From: Paraspadella gotoi
Lineage: Eukaryota > Animalia > Chaetognatha
DNA length: 12,730 nucleotides
Assembly: GCA_051294375.1 (NCBI GenBank)
Contig: CM119269.1
Span: 23,030,934 to 23,043,663, forward strand
Reading direction: 5' to 3'
In this document: piece by piece, positions 1 through 8,153 of the stretch
How positions within the stretch are numbered: the first letter of the stretch is position 1
Layout of the letters: each line of letters begins with the position of its first letter
The notes under the pieces: model-generated
Database searches by the model: none
The model's input: the letters and a program-made list of their open reading frames with translations, nothing else
What the model was told of the DNA's origin: nothing
Program-made: the position numbers and the translations under genes

Positions 1-705
1 GAGAGATGAAAACGACGACGAAAAAATCGAGAGAAGATTTCGGTGACGTAGACGAATTCTGGCGATGATGATGACGACGACGACGACGGACGACGACGAC
101 GAAAAAAAAAAGCTTAAAAAAAGCGGAAATAAAAAAATCAAAAGGACAAAATTTGCGCTGCGAGTTTTTTCGCTTTTTTTTTAAAGCAAAATGTTTCGGT
201 CGGTCTTTCTCTTTCTCAACTCTTTATGACATGTATATTAGGTTCATTAGTGAAGTTACTATTATTCATTTATTAAATAAACAACCATTATTTTCCTATC
301 CTGTCTTTTAGCTAATGATAATATAATTGACATGGAAAAATCCTATATACTGTTAAAAAAATTTCGGAAATATGAGCAAACTTGAGCGATATGCATATTA
401 CATCTTCAAAAATGTTATTTTGTGATTGATTTCATCTTTAGCTTTTGGTATTTTTATTTTTTAAAATGCGTCCAAGTTAATTTGCATTTTATAATTTAAA
501 AAATTATGCAAAAATAAGCGAGAATTCTAAATTTTGCTCGATCGTTGAATCTGAAATTTCTCTTCCGAGTTTTTACAATCGAATACAAATTTTGTTTCAA
601 AATCATAATTTATTTATTTCTTTTTTTTCCCTTTTTTTTATCATTAAACTTTTATTTTTAAAATTTTTTTTCTTCCACAATATTTTTAATCTTTTTCGTT
701 CGCGC

Positions 706-706
<1 letters not shown>

Positions 707-762
<56 letters not shown>
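707..762. repeat. (GA)n microsatellite
   Basis: Directly visible. Confidence 0.95.
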
Positions 763-765
<3 letters not shown>

Positions 766-954
766 TTCGTAATTAAGTAAAAAAAAAACTCGTAAAAAAC
801 GGAAAAAAGGCGCGTAATCTTTTTTTTTATATCACAAGGTGAAGTGACAAGAAAAGAAAGTAAATGAAAAAGGAATTTGGTTTTTATAGTTTTTTTTAAT
901 TATTTAGTTATGTATATTAAATTAAATTAAATTGATTTCGATGAAAGTAATGAA

Positions 955-1840
955 TGAAATTGGTACAACCAATATAAAATTATCCATTCATTTAATAAAT
1001 TTTTTAAAAAGGGGGCTTTATCTTGGGGGCGGGCCCCCCTGGAACCTTTTTTGGGAAAACAAACCAGGGGGGGCGGGGGGGGGGTTTTGGTGCGTTTAAG
1101 GCCTCCATCACTCCTTAACAAATGATAATTGGGGACATAGCAGGTCCCTGCAAGATTTTCAATATCAAGACTCTTTCACAGCTCTTGTTTATTCACTCCC
1201 AGAGTTAACCTGGTTCCCCTGATCACATGAAGTTGAATAATATTTCAACAGAATGTTTCAATTGTATTTTATGAATAATACCACTCCTCCTTAAGTATTA
1301 GATCGGGGTAATTACTTATTTGTTACTCCGCACTAGCATCAAAACATATTACAAGGAGCCTGAATTTTTATGAAATTGGATGGTATCAAACCAATGATAA
1401 AAATTAATCCATTCATTTAATAAAATGAACTATCTTGTCCCCTGACTTTGCGACAGGCTTTTTGGTGGTTAGAGGCTCTCCCAATCCACTCTTACAAGTA
1501 AATACATTAGCAGGGTCCCTGCAGAGTTTTTTTCAATCAAGACTCTTTCACAGTTCTTTGTTATTCACTCCCAAGAGTACCATGGCTTTCCCTTCAATGA
1601 AAGTGGTGAAACATATTTTCAAAGAAATGTTTCAATTGTATTGAAAAGACCACTCCCTCCTTCAAGTATTTAGATCGGCGGGAATGAATAACTTATGTTA
1701 CTCCGCACTAGCATCAAAAATACAAGAGCTGTGAATTTTTCAATTGAAATTGGTTACAACAATAATAAATGCGCTAAATCTAGTCGTATTTAAAATAAGC
1801 TATTCTGCCCCTGACTTTGGACAGGCTTTGGTGGTTTAAG
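955..1840 (+). repeat. Head-to-tail array of a ~370-bp unit (family A): two full copies and one partial
   Basis: Units start TGAAATTGG at 955, 1371 and 1745. The two full units share GGTCCCTGCA, TCAAGACTCTTTCACAG, TTATTCACTCCCA, AATGTTTCAATTGTATT and GTTACTCCGCACTAGCATCAAAA. CCCTGACTTTG..ACAGGCTTT..GGTGGTT is clear in units 2 and 3. Copies differ mostly by indels. Confidence 0.9.
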
Positions 1841-2139
1841 AGAACTATTAATACATAAGTATATTTTAAAAAAATTTCTCATAATTGTCAACAACGCGTA
1901 CTCAATCATATGTACATATCAAGCCGAGTCAAAAAATACTTAGTATTAAATCCGAGCCATAAAGCGATTTCACCTTGGTTAATTCACCATCTATATAACA
2001 TTATATTCGCCAAAACAAGCTATAATCTTTTAACCCAAAGTAAATCTCGAATTTCAGTTCTACACAATCATTAACACTCATCATCACTTTTAGTGACGAC
2101 CCTTTTCTTTTATCTTTTTTCATTTCTGTTTAGATCTTA

Positions 2140-2870
2140 ATCCGCTATCTTTCTTTCTTCTTCTTCTTCTTCTTTTCTTCTTCTTCTTTCTTCTTTCTTA
2201 ATCCTCTCATCCCCCCATCCTTCTCCTTGTCTACTCCTCTTTCCTCCTTTACACTACTTTATTGAGCATAATAGAATAATAATATACCTCTTGTAACAAT
2301 TGTCCCTAACCATCATTATTTCGAGTACTCCCCTTCTTCTCGCTTGATTTGGTCATGCGCTCATCCTGGCCTTCTCTATAACATCTCTCCTCCTAACCGC
2401 TCGCGACCTTTCCTTCCTCCTGCAATTCCTGCAAATTCTATTTCCTCATCTTCCAATTTTCCTCTTCGCTTCCTCACTTTCTTTTTCAAAACTCACCTCT
2501 TCTGACTCCTTATTTCTCCATCTATCCTGCAACTCCCATCTTCGCCTGTTATCCTTCTCCTCCTCCTCCTCCGTTGTATAGCGTACGCTACTTCAAAACA
2601 ACTCCCATCCTTCTTTCTTGGCTCCTCCCTCCTCCCTTTCCTTTTGTTTTTCTACTCTCCTCATTCTTCCTCTTCCCTTCCTAAGACCCATTACCCGTCT
2701 AAATGGCTGCATTCTCATCCCTCCTCTCTTCTCTTTTCTTAAATTCTATATCCCCCAGTGCCTCCTTCCCTTGCCCGTGTCGCCTCCTACCTTGTGGCAG
2801 TACGTGAAGCATTTTTATGACCGTTACTCCTTACCTACTTAAGCTTCATCTATCCTCCTCCTCCGGTCAA
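2140..2870. repeat. Polypyrimidine low-complexity tract ((CTT)n and degenerate CT)
   Basis: Strong C/T bias on the + strand. Confidence 0.8.
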
Positions 2871-3346
2871 CGCGCTCCCAGGTGGTCTCTGTCGCTCCGG
2901 TTCGACGCAAAAGAAGAAAGAATGTGAAAAAAAAAAAGAAAAAGAAAATTAGAAAAGAAATATCATCACACTTTCAACGGCAGGTGGAGAGAGAGACGGA
3001 CGAGAGAGAGAGAGAGAGAGAGAAGGAGATTAACCGCACCCGCTCTTCGAAGGCCTCCTTCGTTAAGAGAGAGGAAGAGGCGCTGCGAGAGTCGATGTGT
3101 CCCTCCCGCGGGATTGAGAGAGAGGACTAGCGATGAAACAAGGAAGGAGAAGCAATCCGGGATTTTTTTGAATCCGGCGGATTGAACTTAACACTAGCCA
3201 AAACTGACGGCAAAATTTAAAATTTAAAAAAGGTAATAACTTCATATTTAAAATATGTAAAGTACACCCCGGATATTCTTATCGGACTAAAGCACCGACG
3301 GAGATAAAAACGACGATCGACAACTTTTTTATGATTATTGTTTTGA

Positions 3347-3402
3347 CTCTCTCTCTCTCTCTCTNNNNNNNNNNCTCTCTTTCTTTCTCTCTCTCTCTCT
3401 CT
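3347..3402. repeat. (CT)n microsatellite containing a 10-N gap (3365-3374)
   Basis: Directly visible. Confidence 0.9.
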
Positions 3403-3712
3403 CGCCCTTTTCACTTCAAATTTTTATTGAGTTTTTCACAAAAGTGAATCGGCCACAATTCGGTTTATGGTGAATCGGACCTCGTTAAAAATTCTTGTTA
3501 CTTTTCTTTATTCTTTTCGGCTTAAAAAAAACAACTAATAAACATTAATATTCTACTACGAAAAGAAATATTACTTCCTTGTCTCTCCGTGACATTATTC
3601 TTTTGACACGTTCCGTCGTCGACGTGACAAAAGCGTGGGCGTGGAAAGAACCGACGTGACACAAAAAACCGTCTCGACGTGACAAATCTGTCTCTGCGGA
3701 TTCTTTTTGATA

Positions 3713-3715
<3 letters not shown>

Positions 3716-3793
<78 letters not shown>
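3716..3793. repeat. (CT)n microsatellite in the putative promoter
   Basis: Directly visible perfect array. Confidence 0.95.
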
Positions 3794-3796
<3 letters not shown>

Positions 3797-4340
3797 ATAA
3801 ACTCTCCACTCTTTTGTTCTTTTGTCCAAAAATTTCCCTTTTTTTTCAATCCTATTTTTGTTTTATTTTCGTATTTTTTGTTTTTCAAATAATAAAAAGT
3901 GAAACAAAGGAACAACCAGACGACACCTGGAGACACCTGGCGGCCTCGAGAAATAAACTCGGAACTCTTGAAATAATTTCGCCAACGAAAAAATCTTGAG
4001 AATCGAAGTCGAACGAAATTCGTCGCGGATTTTCGTCGAATATTTTTCGTTAATTTTCGCTTCCGATTTCGCCATCTTCTCACGGCACCTGTCATCGGAC
4101 GCGGCATCTGCCATCGCTTGGACGTTGCATCTGCCATCCTCCATCGCCGTCTTCCTCTTTCTTCCATCTCTAACGCAAACTTGCCATCTCTTCCCAGTCT
4201 CTGCCATCTCATTCCTGTCACATCTTCATCGATTTACCATCTCATTCACAAAATTGAAAACCAAAAAAAAAAAATGGCCTGAGAAAATCTTTATCTCTCT
4301 CATCCGACGGATTCTTCACGAACGTGATATTTTGGATTGC

Positions 4341-4440
4341 GATTCCTTCACTTTGTGATTCCTTCACTCGCGTGATTCTTCACTTAGCGGATTCTTTCAC
4401 CTCGTGATTCCTCCCTTCCCGATTCCTTCACGGATTCTAC
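4341..4440 (+). repeat. ~16-nt period minisatellite GATTC(C/T)TTCAC
   Basis: GATTC cores at 4341, 4357, 4374, 4390, 4406, 4421 and 4433, plus an outlier at 4310. Confidence 0.8.
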
Positions 4441-4506
4441 TCAAATCAGTCAATCAATCAAAATCTTTGATTCTCTTCAGAATCGAAAACCAAAAAATCC
4501 AAAAAA

Positions 4507-4759
4507 ATGATTCCATCAGCGGATTTCATGTCGTCTTCCTCCTCCTCCTCCTCCTCCTCCTCCTCCTCCAAACAAAGACAAGTCGAAGAAGACAAAAGAT
4601 TCGAGTCTTCCTCGTCGTCGTCGTCTTCCTCCCTTTCTCCTTCTCTCCTCCCTCTCTTCCTCTTACTCCTTCTTTTACCTCTTCCTTCTTCTGCTAATTT
4701 TCTCTCAATGTTTGCGGCGCAACATTCGACCCCCACGGATCCTTGCTATTCCTCCACAG
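4507..4759 (+). CDS. netrin: Netrin coding exon 1: poly-Ser N-terminal extension, signal peptide and start of the mature chain (..LSMFAAQHSTPTDPCYSST-G)
   Basis: ATG at 4507, with a second in-frame ATG at 4528. Hydrophobic core LLPLFLLLLLLPLPSSA. LSMFAAQ..DPC resembles the vertebrate netrin-1 N-terminus (LSMFAGQ..PDPC, from memory). Donor CAG|GTTCGT at 4760 is phase 1 and joins in frame to 5456. The start codon choice is uncertain. Confidence 0.85.
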
Positions 4760-4787
4760 GTTCGTAGTTTGAGGGTGTTGGGAAAAC

Positions 4788-5394
4788 GCACTATTTACCG
4801 AATGCGATCCGTTTCCGTTTATACTCGAGGAGTGTTTCTCGCCCTAATCTCTTATCAAATATTTAACCTAATATTTAACCTAATTTTAAACTTATTTAAT
4901 TTTGAATTTAAGCTAAAATGAGATATCTTTAAAATATAATACCAATATTTTACTTTTAATTATGAATAAAAGCCATTCAGTTTGAGACAATTATCCTAAG
5001 CTTTTGCCCAATCGGGCTTTGCTTAAAAATTTTATTACAATAGAATAGGTTTTAGTATTTTAGGTTTTTTATTGACTCAAGATAGTTTAAAGTTATTGCC
5101 ATACTTAACTAGGGATGAGTACTCAGTTACTAATAGTTATTTTACTTAATAAGCTAATGAGGTATAATTAAAAATGATATTTTTTTAAAAAGTGATACAT
5201 ATCTATTTATAGTATTTTAATATAATTTTAACCTTAATATCTAACCCTAATCTTTTTTCAAATACCTAATCAAATCGCTAAACTTAATCCCTAACTCTAA
5301 TCCATAACCCTAAACCCTGATCTCTGATTAAAACTAACCTAATCCCTAACCTAATGAATTAAAACTAAAACGGAACGCTTTCGGCAAACAGAGC
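4788..5394. mobile_element. MITE-like element (family B) with terminal inverted repeats and internal telomere-like CCTAA/CCCTAA repeats, in intron 1
   Basis: 4788-4814 GCACTATTTACCGAATGCGATCCGTTT and 5368-5394 AAACGGAACGCTTTCGGCAAACAGAGC are inverted repeats (22/27 by hand count). Degenerate CCTAA arrays lie at ~4842-4890 and ~5230-5355. No coding capacity and no clear TSD. Confidence 0.65.
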
Positions 5395-5455
5395 CACGAG
5401 CTTATCTTCATCGACAATGGTCACCTTTCTGCAATGCTCCTCAAAACCCCATCAG

Positions 5456-5937
5456 GCTCCCCAGTCAAATGCGTTCCGGATTTCGTCAACGCCGCCTTCG
5501 GCAAATCCATCGCCGCTTCTTCCACCTGCGGTTCGCCTCCTTCTCGCTATTGCATCACTTCCATGGGCACCAACGGCGAGGTGGTCCGCAACTGCAAGGT
5601 CTGCGACGCGCGAGTCGCCAAGCAATCCTTCCCTACCGGCCACTTGACCGATCTGAACAACCCCCACAACCTGACCTGTTGGATGAGCGAGCCTTGGGTG
5701 CAGGCGCCCAGGAACGTCACCTTGGAACTGACTCTGGGTAAGAAATACGAACTTACCTACGTCAGCCTACAGTTCTGTTCGTCTCGACCGAAAGCAATGT
5801 CGATGCACAAGTCGGTGGATTTCGGGAAAACTTGGAAACCGTTTCAGTATTTTGCTGAGGATTGCAAAAAGACGTATGGACGGCCGAACAAGGCGGTGGT
5901 CACTAAGACGAACGAGCAAGAGGCGGTGTGCACGCAG
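5456..5937 (+). CDS. netrin: Netrin coding exon 2: laminin N-terminal (domain VI), first part
   Basis: Acceptor ATCAG|GC. Translates [75 protein letters not shown], which are hallmark netrin motifs. Donor CAG|GTTTGG is phase 0. Confidence 0.96.
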
Positions 5938-5954
5938 GTTTGGAGTGAGTGAGT

Positions 5955-5995
5955 GATTGATTGATTTGATTTGATTGATTGGTTGATTGATTGAT
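5955..5995. repeat. (GATT)n microsatellite at the 5' end of intron 2
   Basis: Directly visible. Confidence 0.85.
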
Positions 5996-6141
5996 CGTTC
6001 GAAAATTGTTCAAATAAACTTTTTAAGACGAATGATTTATTCATTTAGTGATTGTTTGACATGATTGTCTAATTGTCTGATATTCACTGATATGTCAATT
6101 GCTTTTAATAATCCATTGATCGAATAAATGTTTGTTTTCAG

Positions 6142-6243
6142 GACCACTCTAGCATCGAGCCTCTCTCCGGGGACAGAATCGCCTTCTCGACTCTCGAAGG
6201 TCGACCTTCTGCCTACGATTTTGACAACGCTCCGGTCTTGCAG
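6142..6243 (+). CDS. netrin: Netrin coding exon 3 ([34 protein letters not shown])
   Basis: Acceptor TTTTCAG|GAC and donor CAG|GTTGAT. 102 nt, phase 0-0. [20 protein letters not shown] is a conserved netrin motif. This frame is not shown in the ORF track. Confidence 0.96.
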
Positions 6244-6307
6244 GTTGATGTTTTTTCTGTTCGGTCGTTTGTTCGTTCACCTGTTTATGAACATTGGTAC
6301 GACTAAC

Positions 6308-6420
6308 TTGCCCCTGGCTTGGGACAGGCTTTGGTGGTTTAACGCCTCCGTCACTCTTACAAGATAATGACAGAGGCAGGTCCCTGCAAGCTTTCAATCA
6401 AGACTCGGCGTAGTTTATTC
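6308..6420 (+). mobile_element. Family A fragment in intron 3
   Basis: TTGCCCCTGGCTTGGGACAGGCTTTGGTGGTTTAACGCCTCCGTCACTCTTACAAGATAAT..GCAGGTCCCTGCAAGCTTTCAATCAAGACTC matches the upstream unit. Confidence 0.85.
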
Positions 6421-6926
6421 GAGCTTTTTGTTTCGTAGTTGTTTTTACTAACGCTGGATTTGTCGCTTGTTAGTTTTCCATTAATATTGTTTGCAGATGT
6501 TTCATTTAATGTTGTAAGCTGGGTAAAGCTTTGTCAGACCTTTGTCATATAACACGTTATAATATATGGTGTCAAGTTATCCCTAATCTGGTATATATTA
6601 ACCTGAAGTATCGAAATTCAGGAAGGAAGCAAATTTCTGTTCACTGTTTTCTCTTCATTAAATATGTTTCATCAAAATTCTACCTCAATGTAACAAACAA
6701 AACTCGATTAAGTTAACAATAACTGGAAAAACAAAAGAACAATTTAATTCAAAACAATAAATTGGTGATTTAGCTTTTTCTCTTTGTCTATCGTAAAAAG
6801 TTTCAATGCAACTATTCATTCTAACGGCGATCAAATTGTCCTTTAGTACTCCTACTGCAATATGCAAATGACCTTAACGCATGGTCAAGCTCATTCGTTC
6901 CCCTCATTCGTTTCTGTTGTTGTTGA

Positions 6927-6929
6927 AAA

Positions 6930-6960
<31 letters not shown>

Positions 6961-7023
6961 ATCAATAAATCAATAAATCAATAAATCAATAAATCAATAA
7001 ATCAATAAATCAATCAATCAATC
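6927..7023. repeat. (AAAT)n / (AAATCAAT)n / (CAAT)n compound microsatellite at the 3' end of intron 3
   Basis: Directly visible; ends ~10 nt before the acceptor. Confidence 0.9.
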
Positions 7024-7032
7024 CTTTTCCAG

Positions 7033-7243
7033 GACTGGGTGACGGCCACCAACATCCGGGTCGTCTTCAACGCCCTCAACACTTTCGGCGACGAAACCAA
7101 AGACGCCACCGCGCGTCATTCCTATTACTATTCGCTCTCGGATTTCGCCGTCGGAGGGCGCTGCAAGTGCAACGGTCACGCGAGTCGCTGCGTCAAGAAC
7201 GAAAACGGGGATCAAGTCTGCGATTGTAAACACAACACGGCCG
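7033..7243 (+). CDS. netrin: Netrin coding exon 4: end of LN domain and first half of LE1
   Basis: Acceptor TTTTCCAG|GAC. Translates [44 protein letters not shown]. Donor G|GTGAGA is phase 1. Confidence 0.96.
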
Positions 7244-7263
7244 GTGAGAAAGACAAGTTGGGG

Positions 7264-7420
7264 ATTGATTGATTGATTGTAATGATTGGTTGATTGATTA
7301 ATTGGTTGATTGATTTATTGATTTATTGTATTTAATGATTGATTAATTGATTGATTGATTGAAGACGAAAAGAATGTTAGTGGACATCACCCAGTCCTGA
7401 TTTGATTGATTGATTGATTT

Positions 7421-7453
<33 letters not shown>
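7264..7453. repeat. (GATT)n/(TATT)n arrays filling most of intron 4
   Basis: Two blocks, ~7264-7341 and ~7398-7453. Confidence 0.9.
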
Positions 7454-7475
7454 CTTATTCTCCCCCTTTCAACAG

Positions 7476-7622
7476 GTGACGACTGTGAGAAATGCAAAGC
7501 TTTTCATTACGACCGCCCGTGGGCGCGCGCCTCGGGTCAGAACGCCAATGCGTGCGTTCCGTGCAACTGCAATTTGCACGCGCGTCAATGCAGATTCAAT
7601 ATGGAACTTTTTGAATTGTCAG
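7476..7622 (+). CDS. netrin: Netrin coding exon 5: end of LE1 and start of LE2
   Basis: Acceptor TTTCAACAG|GT. Translates [50 protein letters not shown]. Donor CAG|GTATGA. 147 nt, phase 1-1. Confidence 0.96.
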
Positions 7623-7623
7623 G

Positions 7624-7626
<3 letters not shown>

Positions 7627-7671
<45 letters not shown>

Positions 7672-7700
7672 TGAGAGTGTGAGAGTGTGACAGAGAGAGA
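7627..7700. repeat. (GA)n then (GAGTGT)n immediately after the exon 5 donor
   Basis: Directly visible. Confidence 0.9.
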
Positions 7701-7742
7701 CTTTAAAACGACAGAGAGGACAGAGAAATGTTTATGGCAAAA

Positions 7743-7836
7743 ATGAAGGTACAACCAATAAAAAATTATTCATCCATTTAATAAATAAGCTATATTGTCC
7801 TTGACTTTGGAGGTTTACGGCCTCCATCAAGATTCT
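7743..7836 (+). mobile_element. Family A 5' fragment in intron 5
   Basis: GGTACAACCAATAAAAAATTATTCATCCATTTAATAAATAAGCTATATTGTCCTTGACTTTGG..GGCCTCCATCA matches the unit start (962-1000, 1793-1820). Confidence 0.8.
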
Positions 7837-7929
7837 ATGAAGTCTTATTTATTTACTCTGATTTATCAATGTATTTCTTTTAATTATGTAACGAACACAT
7901 TAGTAAATTCAAATTGTTTTAAATGTAAG

Positions 7930-7996
7930 GGTCCAGTCTCAGGGCTCGAACCTGGGACTTTTTATCGTGAGACGATGTTCTTACTCCTCTGTCCAC
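7930..7996 (-). mobile_element. tRNA-derived SINE-like head or tRNA pseudogene fragment
   Basis: The reverse complement GTGGACAGAGGAGTAAGAACATCGTCTCACGATAAAAAGTCCCAGGTTCGAGCCCTGAG has a B box (GGTTCGAGCCC) within a CAGG/CCTG T-stem and an A-box-like TGGACAGAGGAG at tRNA-like spacing. The anticodon and acceptor stems do not pair well. Confidence 0.55.
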
Positions 7997-8079
7997 TTTA
8001 AGTAGTTTATCTTTCATCTTCTAATTTTAGCTCAAAACATCGCAAAGAGTCATCGACCGAGGAGAATATTTGAGGAGAC

Positions 8080-8083
8080 AGAG

Positions 8084-8151
<68 letters not shown>
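8080..8151. repeat. (GA)n microsatellite
   Basis: Directly visible. Confidence 0.95.

Positions 8152-8153
<2 letters not shown>

Larger units (their letters stand above)
3585..4506 (+). promoter_or_regulatory. Putative promoter/5'UTR of netrin (CpG-rich, with motif clusters)
   Basis: Lies directly upstream of the ATG. Contains 3x CGACGTGACA, GGGCGTGG, a (CT)n tract, CACCTG E-boxes, a GCCATC cluster and a 16-nt minisatellite. The TSS cannot be determined. Confidence 0.4.

Noticed and set aside
1-117. (GAC/GAT)n run resembling an acidic poly-Asp exon
   Set aside because: Stops and a frame break occur within the run, with no clear splice sites or recognisable protein. It is treated as a trinucleotide repeat. 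The leader of a divergent gene cannot be excluded.
1011-1090. G-quadruplex-like G runs
   Set aside because: Better explained as homopolymer-inflated read error of the family A consensus.
955-1840. CRISPR array or hammerhead retrozyme interpretation of the tandem units
   Set aside because: There is no short repeat/unique spacer layout and the context is eukaryotic. I could not find a CTGANGA..GAAA hammerhead core on either strand by eye.
3545-4358. Overlapping ORFs including the 208-aa minus-strand ORF 3595-4221
   Set aside because: They are kept open by the (CT)n tract (ERERER/LSLSLS) and CpG-rich leader sequence, and show no domain resemblance.
4458-4736. Antisense poly-Glu/Asp ORF
   Set aside because: It is the mirror of the TCC/TCG/CTT repeats in netrin exon 1.
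5230-5355. True telomere or fusion site
   Set aside because: The repeats are short and degenerate, and are embedded between the TIRs of a repeated element.
5434-5455. ATG at 5434 as the netrin start
   Set aside because: It lies in the 3' end of intron 1 and would lack the signal peptide and the conserved DPC motif. The exon 1-2 splice restores both in frame.
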